This document shows, piece by piece, positions 19,548 to 30,636 of a stretch of DNA of 64,000 bases. Position numbers and translations under genes: made by a program. The notes under the pieces were generated by a model. The model did no database searches. It worked only from the letters and a program-made list of their open reading frames with translations, and had not been told where the DNA came from. The DNA is taken from the NCBI GenBank assembly GCA_963666285.1, contig OY762711.1; one strand, 5' to 3'. Every line of letters begins with the position of its first letter. Position 1 is the stretch's first letter. This stretch comes from Sedimentisphaerales bacterium (lineage in GTDB: Bacteria; Planctomycetota; Phycisphaerae; Sedimentisphaerales; SM23-30).

Positions 19548-20153
19548 ATGGCAGGAGAGAATAAATTACCGATGCCTGAAAGTCAGCGAGAGGATGAACA
19601 GATAATCCTACGCTGTCGGAAGGATGACTCTATGGCGGCTTTTGGGCTGCTGGTGGAGAAGTATCAGGATCGCGTGTTTAATGCGGCGCTGCGGATGGTT
19701 GGTAACCATGACGATGCGCTGGATCTGACGCAGGAGGCGTTCTGCCGTGCGCTGCGGAGTTTGAGCCGGTTCAGAGGAGGGTCAGTTTTTTATACCTGGA
19801 TGTTCCGGATAACGATGAATTTGTGTATAGATTTCCGGGTGAAGAGCCGGCGGCTGAGAGTTGCTAGTGATTTCGAGCGTGGCGATATGAGCGAGAGCCA
19901 GGCGAGTACCCTGTTTGATATGGTCGAGGGCCGTGAGCCTGAGCCAGATCAGGTGGTACAGACACGCGAGAAGCGGGAGCGGATACTGGCGGCAATCGAG
20001 AGCCTGGATTCGCAGGACAGGGCGATAGTAGTATTGCGTGAGATTGAGCAGCTGGACTATAAGCAGATATCGAAGGTTTTGGAGGTGCCGATTGGGACGG
20101 TAAAAAGTCGGTTGGCGAGGGCGAGGCTGAAGCTGAGGACGAAGCTGGGTTAG
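19548..20153 (+). CDS. ECF RNA polymerase sigma factor (RpoE/SigW-like)
   Basis: DALDLTQEAF...FYTWMFRI (region 2); LDYKQISKVLEVPIGTVKSRLARAR (region 4). Confidence 0.93.
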   Translation: MAGENKLPMPESQREDEQIILRCRKDDSMAAFGLLVEKYQDRVFNAALRMVGNHDDALDLTQEAFCRALRSLSRFRGGSVFYTWMFRITMNLCIDFRVKSRRLRVASDFERGDMSESQASTLFDMVEGREPEPDQVVQTREKRERILAAIESLDSQDRAIVVLREIEQLDYKQISKVLEVPIGTVKSRLARARLKLRTKLG

Positions 20154-20355
20154 CGATCGTTAGACTAGTGACGTTGTTATTACTTTTGGCAAGAAGGGCT
20201 TAAAAGTATAAAGGATGAAGTATAAAGGATAAAAAGAAAATTAAAGAGGTTGGGTTGGAGCTAGCAATAGTTAGTGAAAACTGTGTCTCTTGTATTAATA
20301 AGGATATAAATAAAGTATAAATATTTAATACGACAAATAGAAATAAGGGTGTAGT

Positions 20356-20717
20356 TTGGAAAAGGTTTATGATATAAAAGACCGTATTTTGATTATTCAT
20401 TGAGAGCGATTAAACTTTATCGCGTTTTGCATGAAGGGAAGGATGCCGCTGGATGGGTAATTGGAAAACAGTTTTTGCGGTCAGCAATAAGTATAGGTGC
20501 GAATATCGAAGAAGGTCAATCTGGCGAAAGCAATGCTGATTTTATACATAAATATAGTATATCTCAAAAAGAAGCTAGAGAGAGTCTTTATTGGCTGAGG
20601 TTAATAGATAAATCAGAGATGGTGGCATCAGTTAATCTGCAACCTATAATAGAGGAAACAAGAGAAATATTGGCTATTATTACAAGTATAATAGTAAAGA
20701 TAAAGAATAAGAAATGA
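20356..20717 (+). pseudogene. Four-helix-bundle protein (IVP/Avd-like, TIGR02436-type) with an apparent 1-nt frameshift near its 5' end
   Basis: Core IGKQFLRSAISIGANIEEG...FIHKYSISQKEARESLYWL in 20400-20717. The natural N-terminus MEKVYDIKDR (TTG at 20356) is one base out of frame with FDYSLRAIKLY at about 20386-20388. Confidence 0.75.
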
Positions 20718-22315
20718 ATGCTGAAAATAACAATCAGGAGATGCTGGAGCTGTTGTCGGCTTATCTGGATGATGAGTTGACCGAGGCACAGCGTGAGCGG
20801 GTAGAGCAGATGCTGGCCGAAGATGTCCGGGCGCGCAGTCTGCTGATGAACCTGCGTGATGCGTCCGAAGCGGTAAGCGGGCTTGATATCGAAGAGATCC
20901 CTCGTAATATAACCGATGAGGTATTGTATGCGCTTGAACGTGATACGCTGCTGGATGGTAACGAAGACCTGGCGGTGATGGCGGGAGAGCGACATTTACG
21001 GATGCGTCAGTTTATGGGTGCGGCTGGGATAATGATCCTTGTCGGTGCGGTAGTAGTGGTAGTATTTAGTATTATGAAGAATCCGGCGATGGTTGAAAGT
21101 GACCTGGGGCCGCTGGCGAAGAATGATGTTCAAGAGCAGGTAGCGGCAGAAGGTGCGGCAGCGGAAAAGAAGGTAATGCCGGGCGATGAAAATGTTGTCA
21201 GGTTTAAATCTTTTGGCGAAGCAGCCAGGAGCCTGGGAAACAGAGGCGGTAAAGATGAGCCGGCAGATGAGGTTGTGGCGGATGCGGTTGAGCCAGAGAT
21301 AATGGCGGGTGCCGTGATGGCAGAAGAAGTTGAGCTGCCTAAGATACCGCCGATGGAGGAGTTTGTACTGCCGGAGGCCAAATGGGGATCGATAAAGCTT
21401 AGCAGTGAGGTTGCAGGTGATGATACTGTAGTTGCCGAGCGATTGAAGAACCTGGTGAGTCGTTATGGCGGCAGCTATTTTACCGGCAGCGGTTCAGGGG
21501 TGCAAAGTTTTGCGTTTGTCTGTAAAGCGGAAGAGTTCAAGGAGTTTTATATTGAGCTTCGAGATGTGCTGGCCGGTGAGATCGACCTTGTTCTTGACGG
21601 TTCAGAAAAATATCGCCAGGTAACGGTCAAAGGGGTAAGCGGTGATGAGGTATGTATGATCGCGAAGCTGGCGGACGGATCGGACCAGCTGGGACTTGCC
21701 GAGATGATTGTGCCGGATGGTCGAATAAAATATCAGCAGGTTGAAGATATTGATGACAGGCCGCTGTGGGCTCAGCTTGCTGATATTGTGCCTGAGGAAT
21801 ATCGGCTGGATTTTGGCAAAAAGTTAAACGAGCATTTTGGAGCGATGGAAGCCGAAGGTGTTGATACTGAAGGTCTTCTGGTTGCGAGTGCTGAAGGCGG
21901 AATTCAGGCAGGTGTTGGAGAAGGTGACAGTACTGACAGTGAAATAGTAAGAGGTCGGCAAAGAGCGGTCCCGATGAAAGGGGCGATCCAGGCAAGAAGG
22001 ATTTCAACTGAGCCGGCTGAGAAACGTATGGTAGAAGAGGGTGTTTTGAGTGTTGATACGGCGGATGATGTTGAAAAGAAGACAGCAGTTGGTTTTGTCG
22101 CAAATGAAGCCATTGAGACTACAGCGGCAGATGTTTTGGCGGAAGCGGCGGCTAAGCCTCTAGCAGAAAAAGCGAGAGCAAAAGTAAGCGAGAAGGTTGA
22201 GGCGGATTATATCGCAGTTGAGATTCTGTTGACAGCAGGTTCGGTAAAGAGTGAAGATAAGATGCCGGATGTGCCTGAAGGTGAGATTGATGGTCGGATA
22301 GATTTTGGGTTTTAG
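20714..22315 (+). CDS. Membrane-anchored anti-sigma factor with long extracytoplasmic C-terminus
   Basis: ELLSAYLDDELTEAQRERVE anti-sigma domain, one transmembrane helix, position behind the ECF sigma. Confidence 0.8.
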   Translation: MNAENNNQEMLELLSAYLDDELTEAQRERVEQMLAEDVRARSLLMNLRDASEAVSGLDIEEIPRNITDEVLYALERDTLLDGNEDLAVMAGERHLRMRQFMGAAGIMILVGAVVVVVFSIMKNPAMVESDLGPLAKNDVQEQVAAEGAAAEKKVMPGDENVVRFKSFGEAARSLGNRGGKDEPADEVVADAVEPEIMAGAVMAEEVELPKIPPMEEFVLPEAKWGSIKLSSEVAGDDTVVAERLKNLVSRYGGSYFTGSGSGVQSFAFVCKAEEFKEFYIELRDVLAGEIDLVLDGSEKYRQVTVKGVSGDEVCMIAKLADGSDQLGLAEMIVPDGRIKYQQVEDIDDRPLWAQLADIVPEEYRLDFGKKLNEHFGAMEAEGVDTEGLLVASAEGGIQAGVGEGDSTDSEIVRGRQRAVPMKGAIQARRISTEPAEKRMVEEGVLSVDTADDVEKKTAVGFVANEAIETTAADVLAEAAAKPLAEKARAKVSEKVEADYIAVEILLTAGSVKSEDKMPDVPEGEIDGRIDFGF

Positions 22316-22444
22316 AACAGTCAGCCGGAAAGGGGAATAATTATAACGGTTAAAGTTAAGAGATGGATGTTGAGAGTATAGTGAGGCGGCTTGTTATATG
22401 GTTGAATGAATAGTAGGAACAGTCAGATTAAAAGGTTACATAAG

Positions 22445-23857
22445 ATGAATAGGAAGATATGTCTACTAATTTTTTTATCAGTTAGTGCTATTGTTTCAGT
22501 TGTGTATGGAGAACGGCCGCGAGTTATTGTGACGACAGATGGTGAAGCTGATGACAGATGTTCAATGGTTCGGTTTTTGCTGTCCTGTAATGAGTTTGAG
22601 GTTGTGGGTATAATCAACAGCAGTTCGCAATTTCACTGGCAGGGCGGTACAGGTTGGAACGCGTTTCACGATCCTGTATGGGTGAAGGAATACATAGATT
22701 TATATGCTAAGGTTTATGATAATCTAAAACTGCATGACCCGTATTACCCGGATCCTGATTACCTTTTGAGTAAGTGGAAGGTTGGCAATATTGAAGGTGA
22801 TGGTGAGATGGAAAAAAGAACCGAAGGTGCCGAGCTTATTGCTGAAGTTCTTTTAGATGGCAGCGATCCGCGACCGGTCTGGATCCAGGCATGGGGCGGG
22901 TGCAATACAATTGCCCGGGCGTTGAAAATAATAGAGGAAGATCATCCGGCGAAGATGGCAGAGGTTGCCGGACGGATGAGGTTGTTTTTGATCTGGGAGC
23001 AGGATCAGACATATCAAAGTTATATCAGGCCGAACTGGGAGAAGTATAATATACCGACGATTATTTCTGACCAGTTTGATTGCATGGCTTATATCTGGAA
23101 TAAGGTACTGCCGGAAGATGTGAAGAAATATTTCCAGGCAGAGTTTATGGCTAATATTGTGAAAGAACATGGGTCGTTATGTGATGCTTATGGAGATATT
23201 AACGGAGTGTTTCATGCGGAAGGAGATACGCCGTCATTTTTGCATTGCATCGATCACGGCCTGAGGAGTATGGAGTCGCCCGGCTGGGGCGGTTGGGGCG
23301 GCAGGTACGTCAAGGTTCGCAATAATGTGTGGATGGACCCGCTGCCTGATACCGAATTTAAATATCCATCGGGGCGATGGGGCTTTTCTAACAGCTGGTC
23401 GAAAAAACTGGAGAATCGTACCGATGCGGAAGGAGTCAGGATACGGACGAAATATTTTAAGCCGATCTGGCGATGGATGGCGGATGTACAGAATGACTTT
23501 GCTGTAAGAGCAGACTGGTGTGTTAAGCCGTATAATCAGGCCAATCATCGTCCGCAGGTAGAGTTGAATAATTCCGCTGATATAAAAGTTAAAGTAGGAG
23601 CTGAAGTTAATTTGGGTGTAAAGGCGAGTGACCCGGATGGTGACAGTCTGACATATAAATGGTGGCAATATGAAGAGGCGGACAGTTATGCAGGTTGTGT
23701 TGAGATTTATAATGCAGATAAGAATGACGCATCTTTTGTGGTGCCTGGTGATTTAGGTGTCGGTGAGACTATCCATATTATTTGTGAAGTAACTGACGGT
23801 GGAATTCCGCCGCTGAAAGCTTATCAGCGGGTTGTGATTACGATTGATTCGGAATAA
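22445..23857 (+). CDS. DUF1593 / nucleoside-hydrolase-like secreted protein with C-terminal Ig-like domain
   Basis: RPRVIVTTDGEADDRCSMVRFLL, WGGCNT, EGDTPSF, GWGGR, NDFAVRADW. Confidence 0.85.
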   Translation: MNRKICLLIFLSVSAIVSVVYGERPRVIVTTDGEADDRCSMVRFLLSCNEFEVVGIINSSSQFHWQGGTGWNAFHDPVWVKEYIDLYAKVYDNLKLHDPYYPDPDYLLSKWKVGNIEGDGEMEKRTEGAELIAEVLLDGSDPRPVWIQAWGGCNTIARALKIIEEDHPAKMAEVAGRMRLFLIWEQDQTYQSYIRPNWEKYNIPTIISDQFDCMAYIWNKVLPEDVKKYFQAEFMANIVKEHGSLCDAYGDINGVFHAEGDTPSFLHCIDHGLRSMESPGWGGWGGRYVKVRNNVWMDPLPDTEFKYPSGRWGFSNSWSKKLENRTDAEGVRIRTKYFKPIWRWMADVQNDFAVRADWCVKPYNQANHRPQVELNNSADIKVKVGAEVNLGVKASDPDGDSLTYKWWQYEEADSYAGCVEIYNADKNDASFVVPGDLGVGETIHIICEVTDGGIPPLKAYQRVVITIDSE

Positions 23858-24052
23858 GATTGCTCAATCTGAAGATAGATGCTGGGTAGTGATATTAGAG
23901 TTTGATGACGGCAGCAGTATTGTATTGATGAGTGATAATACATTTGAGTCGTTTGGGGATATTTCGGGGCTGGTAGGAGATGGCGGTGGTATTTCCTGTT
24001 ATTTGATGAGTTCTGATGCAGTAGTTACTATAGTCGGTAGTAAATGAATTGC

Positions 24053-24080
24053 TTGACATTTACCATTAATTAGTTATGAT
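24053..24080 (+). promoter_or_regulatory. Putative sigma70 promoter of ilvC
   Basis: TTGACA-N16-TATGAT. Confidence 0.55.
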
Positions 24081-24208
24081 AAGGGACTTATTATTTGTTA
24101 TTATGCCGAGATTGACTGTATATGTCGGCGTAGGACACAGAGAAGAAGACGTAAATAAATACTGTAAATTATTGTAAATCAAATAGATAAATACAGGAGA
24201 GTAACAAA

Positions 24209-25213
24209 ATGGCATTGACAATTTATTATGAAAACGATGCACCGATAGCTCCGCTGCAGGGCAAAACCGTAGCGATAATCGGTTACGGCTCACAGGGTCA
24301 CGCTCACGGCCAGAATCTTCGTGACAGCGGCATCAACGTAATTGTAGCTGAGCTGGAAGGCACAGCGAACTATGAACTGGCTAAAAAGCACGGCTTTGAA
24401 CCAATGGAAGCCGGTGAAGCGGTAAAGGCAGCTGACCTGATCATCATTACTCTTCCTGATGAAGTACAGAAGGCAGTATATGCCAAGGCAATCGAGCCCA
24501 ATCTGTCAGCGGGCAAGACACTTGGTTTCTGTCATGGTTTTAACGTTCAGTTTGGCTATATTGCGCCTCCAAAGGACATCAATGTTGTAATGATCGCTCC
24601 TAAAGGTCCAGGTCACCTGGTACGCAGCGAATATGTAAAGGGCGGCGGCGTTCCTTGTCTGATCGCTATCCAGAATGATTCCGGTGATGCAAAAGATATC
24701 GCGTTGGCATGGGCAAACGGTATCGGCGGCGCACGTGCCGGTATTATCGAAACCACATTCCAGGAAGAAACAGAAACAGACCTGTTCGGTGAGCAGGTAG
24801 TTCTTTGCGGCGGTCTGAGCGAACTGATCAAGTCAGGTTTCAACACACTGGTAGAAGCCGGTTATCAGCCAGAGATTGCATACTTCGAATGTTTGCATGA
24901 AGTTAAGCTGATTGTTGACCTGATGTATGAAGGTGGTATCAGCTACATGCGTTACAGTGTATCTAATACAGCTGAGTATGGCGATTTGTCTCGTGGTCCT
25001 CGTATAATCACAGATAAGACACGCGAAGAAATGAAAAAATGCCTGAAGGAAATCCAGGATGGTACATTTGCCAAGGAATGGATTGCCGAGGTAGAAGGCG
25101 GATATAAGAACTTCAACGCAATGTACGAAGCCGACCGTGACAGCACAATTGAAACAGTTGGCCGCAAGCTTCGTAAGATGATGAAGTGGATCGACGCTAA
25201 AGAAGTTGAATAA
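24209..25213 (+). CDS. ilvC: Ketol-acid reductoisomerase
   Basis: [21 protein letters not shown] and [16 protein letters not shown]. Confidence 0.97.
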   Translation: MALTIYYENDAPIAPLQGKTVAIIGYGSQGHAHGQNLRDSGINVIVAELEGTANYELAKKHGFEPMEAGEAVKAADLIIITLPDEVQKAVYAKAIEPNLSAGKTLGFCHGFNVQFGYIAPPKDINVVMIAPKGPGHLVRSEYVKGGGVPCLIAIQNDSGDAKDIALAWANGIGGARAGIIETTFQEETETDLFGEQVVLCGGLSELIKSGFNTLVEAGYQPEIAYFECLHEVKLIVDLMYEGGISYMRYSVSNTAEYGDLSRGPRIITDKTREEMKKCLKEIQDGTFAKEWIAEVEGGYKNFNAMYEADRDSTIETVGRKLRKMMKWIDAKEVE

Positions 25214-25314
25214 AAATCGAGCCTGCTTGATTTTTATGAATAAGCATAAGTGATAAGTCATGAGGGGCGGGTTCGTCCTCGGCGATGCTAACTTATGTTT
25301 TATAGAGAGATTGG

Positions 25315-25346
25315 AAGCCGTGGAATGTATTTTCCACGGCTTTTTT
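25315..25346 (+). terminator. ilvC intrinsic terminator
   Basis: AAGCCGTGGAA-N6-TTCCACGGCTTTTTT. Confidence 0.8.
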
Positions 25347-25675
25347 CGTTTAAAATGGGTTGGTTTATGGGAAGGATTTTGGCTGGGATTATACAAATAC
25401 ATTTATGTTGTTTTAGCGGATGTGGTTTACTATAATAATAGTCTCTTTTTTAAAATTTGTTTCATGGTTATTGATCGAGTTATTTTGTGTTAGCAGTGTA
25501 ATAAGTCGTTAAGTTAATTTATCGGTATATAAACAAGGTTTTGGGCATATTATTTATGCTATTAGAATAGCTTACAGTATATAGATTTTAAAATAATATT
25601 GTAGTTTTGTGGGCGATTATCAGGGATATTTCGTGAAAAGAGCGAAAGTAAACTATAATTCAGGAGATAAAAATT

Positions 25676-26449
25676 ATGTCAATTGATCCGGAAGTGAAAC
25701 GAGCTTTGGATATGCGTCTGGCGAGAGGAGAGATAAGTCATGATGAATATAGAAGGGCGATAGCATCAGTTGAGGGAGTATCGCAGAATACATCATATCC
25801 AGGTTCAGGGTATCCTGGCGCCGGCAATATGGAAATGGCTGGCCGACCGGTTATTCAGTATTACCGTCCGGTAATTCTGTCAAAGGGTTTGTACCTGGGA
25901 GGATATCTAAGCGGGGTAATATTTTCAACAATATTATATATAATAGGTATGATTTTGATTTTCAATTATGAGCCAGAAGCCGGTCTGGTATTATTTATGT
26001 TTTCTGCCCTGATAAGTATATTTCCCATGGTTTTGTATTGTGTCCTGGTATATAAGATGTGGCAGGCGATACAGCCGTATGGCCGATCAACACCCGGCAA
26101 AGCGGTGGGTTTTCTTTTCATTCCGTTTTATAATCTATACTGGATATTTATCGCCTTGAAGGGCTGGTTTGATGATTATAATAAACTTATAATGGCTAAA
26201 AGGCTGAATATTCCGAAATTGCCGGATGGTATTGCATTAGCCGTCTGCATATTAGCAATAGTCAGTATGGTACCCTATATAGGCTTATTAGTTGTTATAC
26301 CAAATCTAATATTGATTTGCGTGATGATATCTTTTATTTGTAATGGCGTTAATGCGTTGTCTAGAATAAACCTGCATCAAAATAATTATAAACCGGCCAA
26401 CCAAAATCAGGGTAACTATGTGAGTGATTCCAGATATTCCCAGTATTGA
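25676..26449 (+). CDS. Membrane protein with N-terminal SHOCT-like motif and DUF4328-like domain
   Basis: RLARGEISHDEY; TPGKAVGFLFIPFYNLYW; several transmembrane helices. Confidence 0.7.
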   Translation: MSIDPEVKRALDMRLARGEISHDEYRRAIASVEGVSQNTSYPGSGYPGAGNMEMAGRPVIQYYRPVILSKGLYLGGYLSGVIFSTILYIIGMILIFNYEPEAGLVLFMFSALISIFPMVLYCVLVYKMWQAIQPYGRSTPGKAVGFLFIPFYNLYWIFIALKGWFDDYNKLIMAKRLNIPKLPDGIALAVCILAIVSMVPYIGLLVVIPNLILICVMISFICNGVNALSRINLHQNNYKPANQNQGNYVSDSRYSQY

Positions 26450-26534
26450 GTACTTTATTCCCTTTTAGCGGAGAATGATTTATGTTCCTGTATCAAAAGC
26501 AATCGAGGTATCCTGATTAATCAGGTGCTGATTA

Positions 26535-29336
26535 TTATAATTTTTGTTTGAGGAACAGGCCGGTATAGCTTTGTGGAATTTCTGATATTTCTTCCGGGGT
26601 GCCGGTAGCGATAATTTGTCCGCCGCGGTCGCCTCCTTCGGGTCCGAGGTCAATGATGTGATCGGCAACTTTAATCACGTCCAGGTTGTGCTCAATAACG
26701 ACAACAGTATTGCCCTTATCAACAAGTCGGTTAAGAACGTTGAGCAGGTTATGTATGTCTGACATATGCAGGCCGGTAGTCGGTTCGTCCAGAACATAGA
26801 ATGTATGCCCGGTACTGTTTTTACCAAGTTCCGAGGCGAGTTTAACACGCTGGGCTTCGCCGCCTGAAAGTGTGGTGGATGCCTGGCCGAGTGCGATATA
26901 GCTTAGCCCGACATCATGCAGGGCACGAAGCATCTGTTTGATTTTCGGGAAGCTGTCGAAGAATTCGATAGATTCTGCGACGGACATGCTAAGTACATCG
27001 GCGATGTTCATGCCGCGATATTTGATATCCAGTGTTTCACGGTTGTATCTAGTACCGCGACACTGTTCGCATTCGACATAGACGTCAGGCAGGAAATGCA
27101 TTTCGATTTTTTTTGTGCCCTGCCCCTGGCAATATTCGCAGCGTCCGCCTTTAACATTGAAGCTGAATCGACCGGGGGTGTATCCCCTGATACGAGCGTC
27201 ACGAGTTTTGCTGAAAAGCTGTCGGATAAGATCGAATACGCCGGTATAGGTAGCCGGGTTAGAGCGTGGTGTGCGCCCGATAGGGCTCTGGTCGATTTGA
27301 ATAACTTTATCGACACGGTTCATTCCGACGAGTTTTTTGAATTTACCGGGTTTTTCTTTTGAGTTGTATAGTTTCCTGGTCATTGCCGGCAGTAATACCT
27401 GGTTGACCAGAGAGCTTTTACCAGACCCGCTGATACCTGTAACACAGGTAAAAGTTTCCAGCGGAAATACTGCATCGATTTCTTTCAGATTATTCTGTTC
27501 GGCACCTTTGATTGATACGGAGTATTTCAGATTAACCTTGCGTCGTTTTTCCGGCAGTTTAATTTCTCTTATACCGGAAAGATATTGGCCGGTAATGGAC
27601 CGGTCAGTATTTTTGATATCATCGATGGTACCATAAGCAACGATTTGTCCGCCGCGATGACCGGCGCCCGGTCCGACATCAATAATATGGTCGGCAGCGT
27701 ACATAGTATCTTCGTCATGTTCAACTACGAGTACAGAGTTGCCGAGGTCGGCAAGTGACCGCATAGTCTGGATAAGTTTTTCATTGTCTCGCTGATGAAG
27801 CCCGATTGATGGCTCATCCAAAACATAGCATACTCCAACAAGAGCAGATCCAACCTGGGTTGCGAGCCTGATACGCTGGGCTTCCCCGCCAGAGAGCGTA
27901 CCGCTTTTTCGATTAAGAGTTAGATAATCAAGTCCGACATTAGCCAGAAATGAAAGCCTGTTACGCAGTTCTTTCAGGATCGGTTCGGCAATAACGGAAG
28001 CTTCCTTGCTGAATTCCAGGTTGAGGAAGAAATTTTTAGCATTGCCGATACTCATCTGAACAATATCGTAAATATTTTTTTCGTTAATCAGTACCGCCAG
28101 AGATTCTGGTCTTAATCGAGCGCCGCCGCATTCCTGGCAAGGCTGTTCAGACATATACCCGTGAAGTCTTGCCTTAACGAATTCGCTATCGGTAGTTTTG
28201 AAGCGTCGCATGAGGTTAGGTATAACACCTTCAAATTCCGGATAGGAATCCGCATCTTTGGTGCCGAACATAAGAATTTTTCTGATTTTTGCCGGTATAC
28301 TGCTGTAAGGCGTGTCAGGGCTGACATCAAATTCTTTGCAGAACGCGCGAATAAGCCTGTTATAGAATATATTCATTCGCTTGCCGCCTTTACGCCAGGC
28401 GTCAATAGCACCTTCTTCAAGGCTCAGGCTGTCATCCGGTACGATAAGGTCCGGGTCGAACTCCTGGATAGTACCCAGCCCGTCACAGCTTTTACAGGCG
28501 CCGTATGGACTGTTGAAGCTGAAACATCTGGGAGATAGCTCCGGCATAGCCGCTTCCGGATGGTCGGTACAAGCGTATTTCGAGCTATAGGTATGTTCTT
28601 CCCAGGTATTTTTATCAGTTTCCTTGAGGATAAGTACTGTACCGTCACTTTGTTTGAGAGCGAGTTCGACGGAGTCGGCGATCCGGCCACGAATAGAACT
28701 TTTTACAGAAAGCCGGTCAATAACAGCTTCAATAGTGTGTGTAACAGTCTTTTTCAGCTCCGGGGCATCTTTGATTTCATATATTTTACCATCGATTCTG
28801 GCCCGAACAAAACCATCTCGCTGAATGCGTGCCAAGACATCTGCATGTTCGCCTTTTTGCCCGGAAATGATCGGCGAGCAGATATAAATCCTTTTACCTT
28901 CATCATTTTCGATCAGATTATCGACAATTTTACCGGCATGCTGGCTTTCGATAGGTTTGCCACATACATAGCAATGCGGCTTACCGACACGTGCGAACAG
29001 GAGCCTGAGGTAGTCATATAGTTCAGTGGTAGTGGCAACAGTGGATCGAGGGTTGCGTCCTCCGGATCGTTGTTCGATTGAGATGGTAGGTGGTAGGCCC
29101 TCAATGCTCTCAACATCTGGTTTTTGCATTTGTTCCAGGAATTGACGAGCGTATGCCGAGAGAGACTCAACATATTTGCGCTGACCTTCTGCAAAGATCG
29201 TGTCAAAAGCGAGAGAACTTTTACCGGAACCGCTTAATCCGGTAATAACTACCAGTTTATCGCGTGGTATGTCGATATCAACAGAGCGCAGGTTGTGCTC
29301 TTTTGCTCCTCTGACTGAAATATATTTGCTAGACAT
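26535..29336 (-). CDS. uvrA: Excinuclease ABC subunit A
   Basis: [14 protein letters not shown], two LSGGEAQR signatures, zinc fingers. Confidence 0.98.
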   Translation of the reverse strand: MSSKYISVRGAKEHNLRSVDIDIPRDKLVVITGLSGSGKSSLAFDTIFAEGQRKYVESLSAYARQFLEQMQKPDVESIEGLPPTISIEQRSGGRNPRSTVATTTELYDYLRLLFARVGKPHCYVCGKPIESQHAGKIVDNLIENDEGKRIYICSPIISGQKGEHADVLARIQRDGFVRARIDGKIYEIKDAPELKKTVTHTIEAVIDRLSVKSSIRGRIADSVELALKQSDGTVLILKETDKNTWEEHTYSSKYACTDHPEAAMPELSPRCFSFNSPYGACKSCDGLGTIQEFDPDLIVPDDSLSLEEGAIDAWRKGGKRMNIFYNRLIRAFCKEFDVSPDTPYSSIPAKIRKILMFGTKDADSYPEFEGVIPNLMRRFKTTDSEFVKARLHGYMSEQPCQECGGARLRPESLAVLINEKNIYDIVQMSIGNAKNFFLNLEFSKEASVIAEPILKELRNRLSFLANVGLDYLTLNRKSGTLSGGEAQRIRLATQVGSALVGVCYVLDEPSIGLHQRDNEKLIQTMRSLADLGNSVLVVEHDEDTMYAADHIIDVGPGAGHRGGQIVAYGTIDDIKNTDRSITGQYLSGIREIKLPEKRRKVNLKYSVSIKGAEQNNLKEIDAVFPLETFTCVTGISGSGKSSLVNQVLLPAMTRKLYNSKEKPGKFKKLVGMNRVDKVIQIDQSPIGRTPRSNPATYTGVFDLIRQLFSKTRDARIRGYTPGRFSFNVKGGRCEYCQGQGTKKIEMHFLPDVYVECEQCRGTRYNRETLDIKYRGMNIADVLSMSVAESIEFFDSFPKIKQMLRALHDVGLSYIALGQASTTLSGGEAQRVKLASELGKNSTGHTFYVLDEPTTGLHMSDIHNLLNVLNRLVDKGNTVVVIEHNLDVIKVADHIIDLGPEGGDRGGQIIATGTPEEISEIPQSYTGLFLKQKL

Positions 29337-29618
29337 ATTTTGTAATTAAAACTCTGTTGGTCGCAACAGATAATATCAATTGCGATCAAGATTAATGTTT
29401 AGTATTCTAATATTTACTTTCTAATTTTATTACACACGGGGATGTTATATAGTGTATAGTCTCTCAGGTTCAATACACTAATTCGTCAATGATAGCATAT
29501 ATAATATGTATGAGGAAGTAAAAATAGTATTTGGAAAAACACTTTTCCTTAAACCTTTTATTTTTAATGATTTACGTAAGGGTGGTTTTGATTGATTTAT
29601 TATGATATAATTTGAAAT

Positions 29619-30611
29619 ATGTTAGAAACAGGAATACAAATTTCAGTGGTAATACCAGTCTATAACGGCGAATGTTATATTTGCCGGGCTATAGATAGCG
29701 TATTAGCCCAGAGCTATCGGGCTATCGAGATAATCGTAGTGGATGATGGTTCTACTGATGCTACAGCGGATAAAGTTAAGTGCTATGGAGATAAGGTTCG
29801 GTATATATACCAGGATAATGCCGGAGTTAGTGCTGCCAGAAATAAAGGCATTATAGAGGCTGAGTGTGAGTGGGTGGCGTTTCTGGATGGCGATGATGAA
29901 TGGCTCGCCGATCATTTATCCAACCAAAAAACCATATTATCAGATAATCCAGACCTGGTTTGGAGTACTGCAAATTATTATGATTTTCTGGAAAGTGAGG
30001 GAAGGAAAGGCTTAAGATGTACAAAGAGCAAAGCAGGTCAATATGTTCACGTCGGGGTTATGCCGGATTACTTTTTGGGTTATATGGCAGGAGTATCAGG
30101 TAATACTGATACAATGATAGTGAAACGAGAGGTGTTGATCGAACAGGGTATGTTTGCAGTCGGCAGAGTTAAGGCTGAGGATATAGATTTGTGGTGGAAG
30201 ATAGCGATAAAATATCCGAAGATTGGATATGCGATTGAACCGGGAAGTATCTATTATATTGATGTTGGTGAGGGCCATGTCTCAAAATCCGGTGAGGTGG
30301 ATACCTTTATAGAAGTTATCCAAGAGCACCTGGCAATAGCGAAGAAAAGCGGTCAGGAAAAGAGGTATGAGCCGTTTGCCGCCTGGCAGCTGGCACGCTG
30401 GATGAGGTCGATGCTGTTCAGTGCGCGGAAGGCTGATATAAGAAAGCTCTTAAAGGAATTTTCGGCAATATTGCCGGCAACAGTAAAACTTCGGTATTAC
30501 AGCTTGACAATATTCCCCGGTTTGACAAAACAGGCATGCCATTTGATATCAAAATTCGTCAGGACATTTAAGCTGAGGAGAAGGGTTGTGAATAAGCCGC
30601 CGATCGGGTAA
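29619..30611 (+). CDS. Glycosyltransferase family 2
   Basis: SVVIPVYN, VVDDGSTD, GVSAARN, FLDGDD. Confidence 0.92.
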   Translation: MLETGIQISVVIPVYNGECYICRAIDSVLAQSYRAIEIIVVDDGSTDATADKVKCYGDKVRYIYQDNAGVSAARNKGIIEAECEWVAFLDGDDEWLADHLSNQKTILSDNPDLVWSTANYYDFLESEGRKGLRCTKSKAGQYVHVGVMPDYFLGYMAGVSGNTDTMIVKREVLIEQGMFAVGRVKAEDIDLWWKIAIKYPKIGYAIEPGSIYYIDVGEGHVSKSGEVDTFIEVIQEHLAIAKKSGQEKRYEPFAAWQLARWMRSMLFSARKADIRKLLKEFSAILPATVKLRYYSLTIFPGLTKQACHLISKFVRTFKLRRRVVNKPPIG

Positions 30612-30636
30612 CTTGTAGTTTGCGGCATAAATATTA

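Noticed and set aside
5400..20320. Short repeats considered as a CRISPR array or integron attC sites
   Set aside because: No regularly spaced identical repeats with unique spacers, no cas or intI gene, and no clear RYYYAAC/GTTRRRY boxes around single-gene cassettes.
20356..20717. Avd-like gene as evidence of a diversity-generating retroelement
   Set aside because: No reverse transcriptase and no TR/VR pair with adenine-specific mismatches seen in the window.
23844..24047. 67-aa ORF with VILEFDDGSSIVLMSDNTF, reminiscent of a rhamnosidase N-terminal strand
   Set aside because: Similarity too short, poor start context; at most a remnant.
24833..25493. Antisense and overlapping ORFs of 60-190 aa here and throughout the track
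   Set aside because: They are shadows of well-supported genes on the opposite strand or low-complexity intergenic frames with no motifs.
861..27125. GGGNAGGG KOPS-like octamers (861, 10759 and 11410 forward; 27118 reverse)
   Set aside because: Too few to be significant, and the KOPS motif of this lineage is not known to me.
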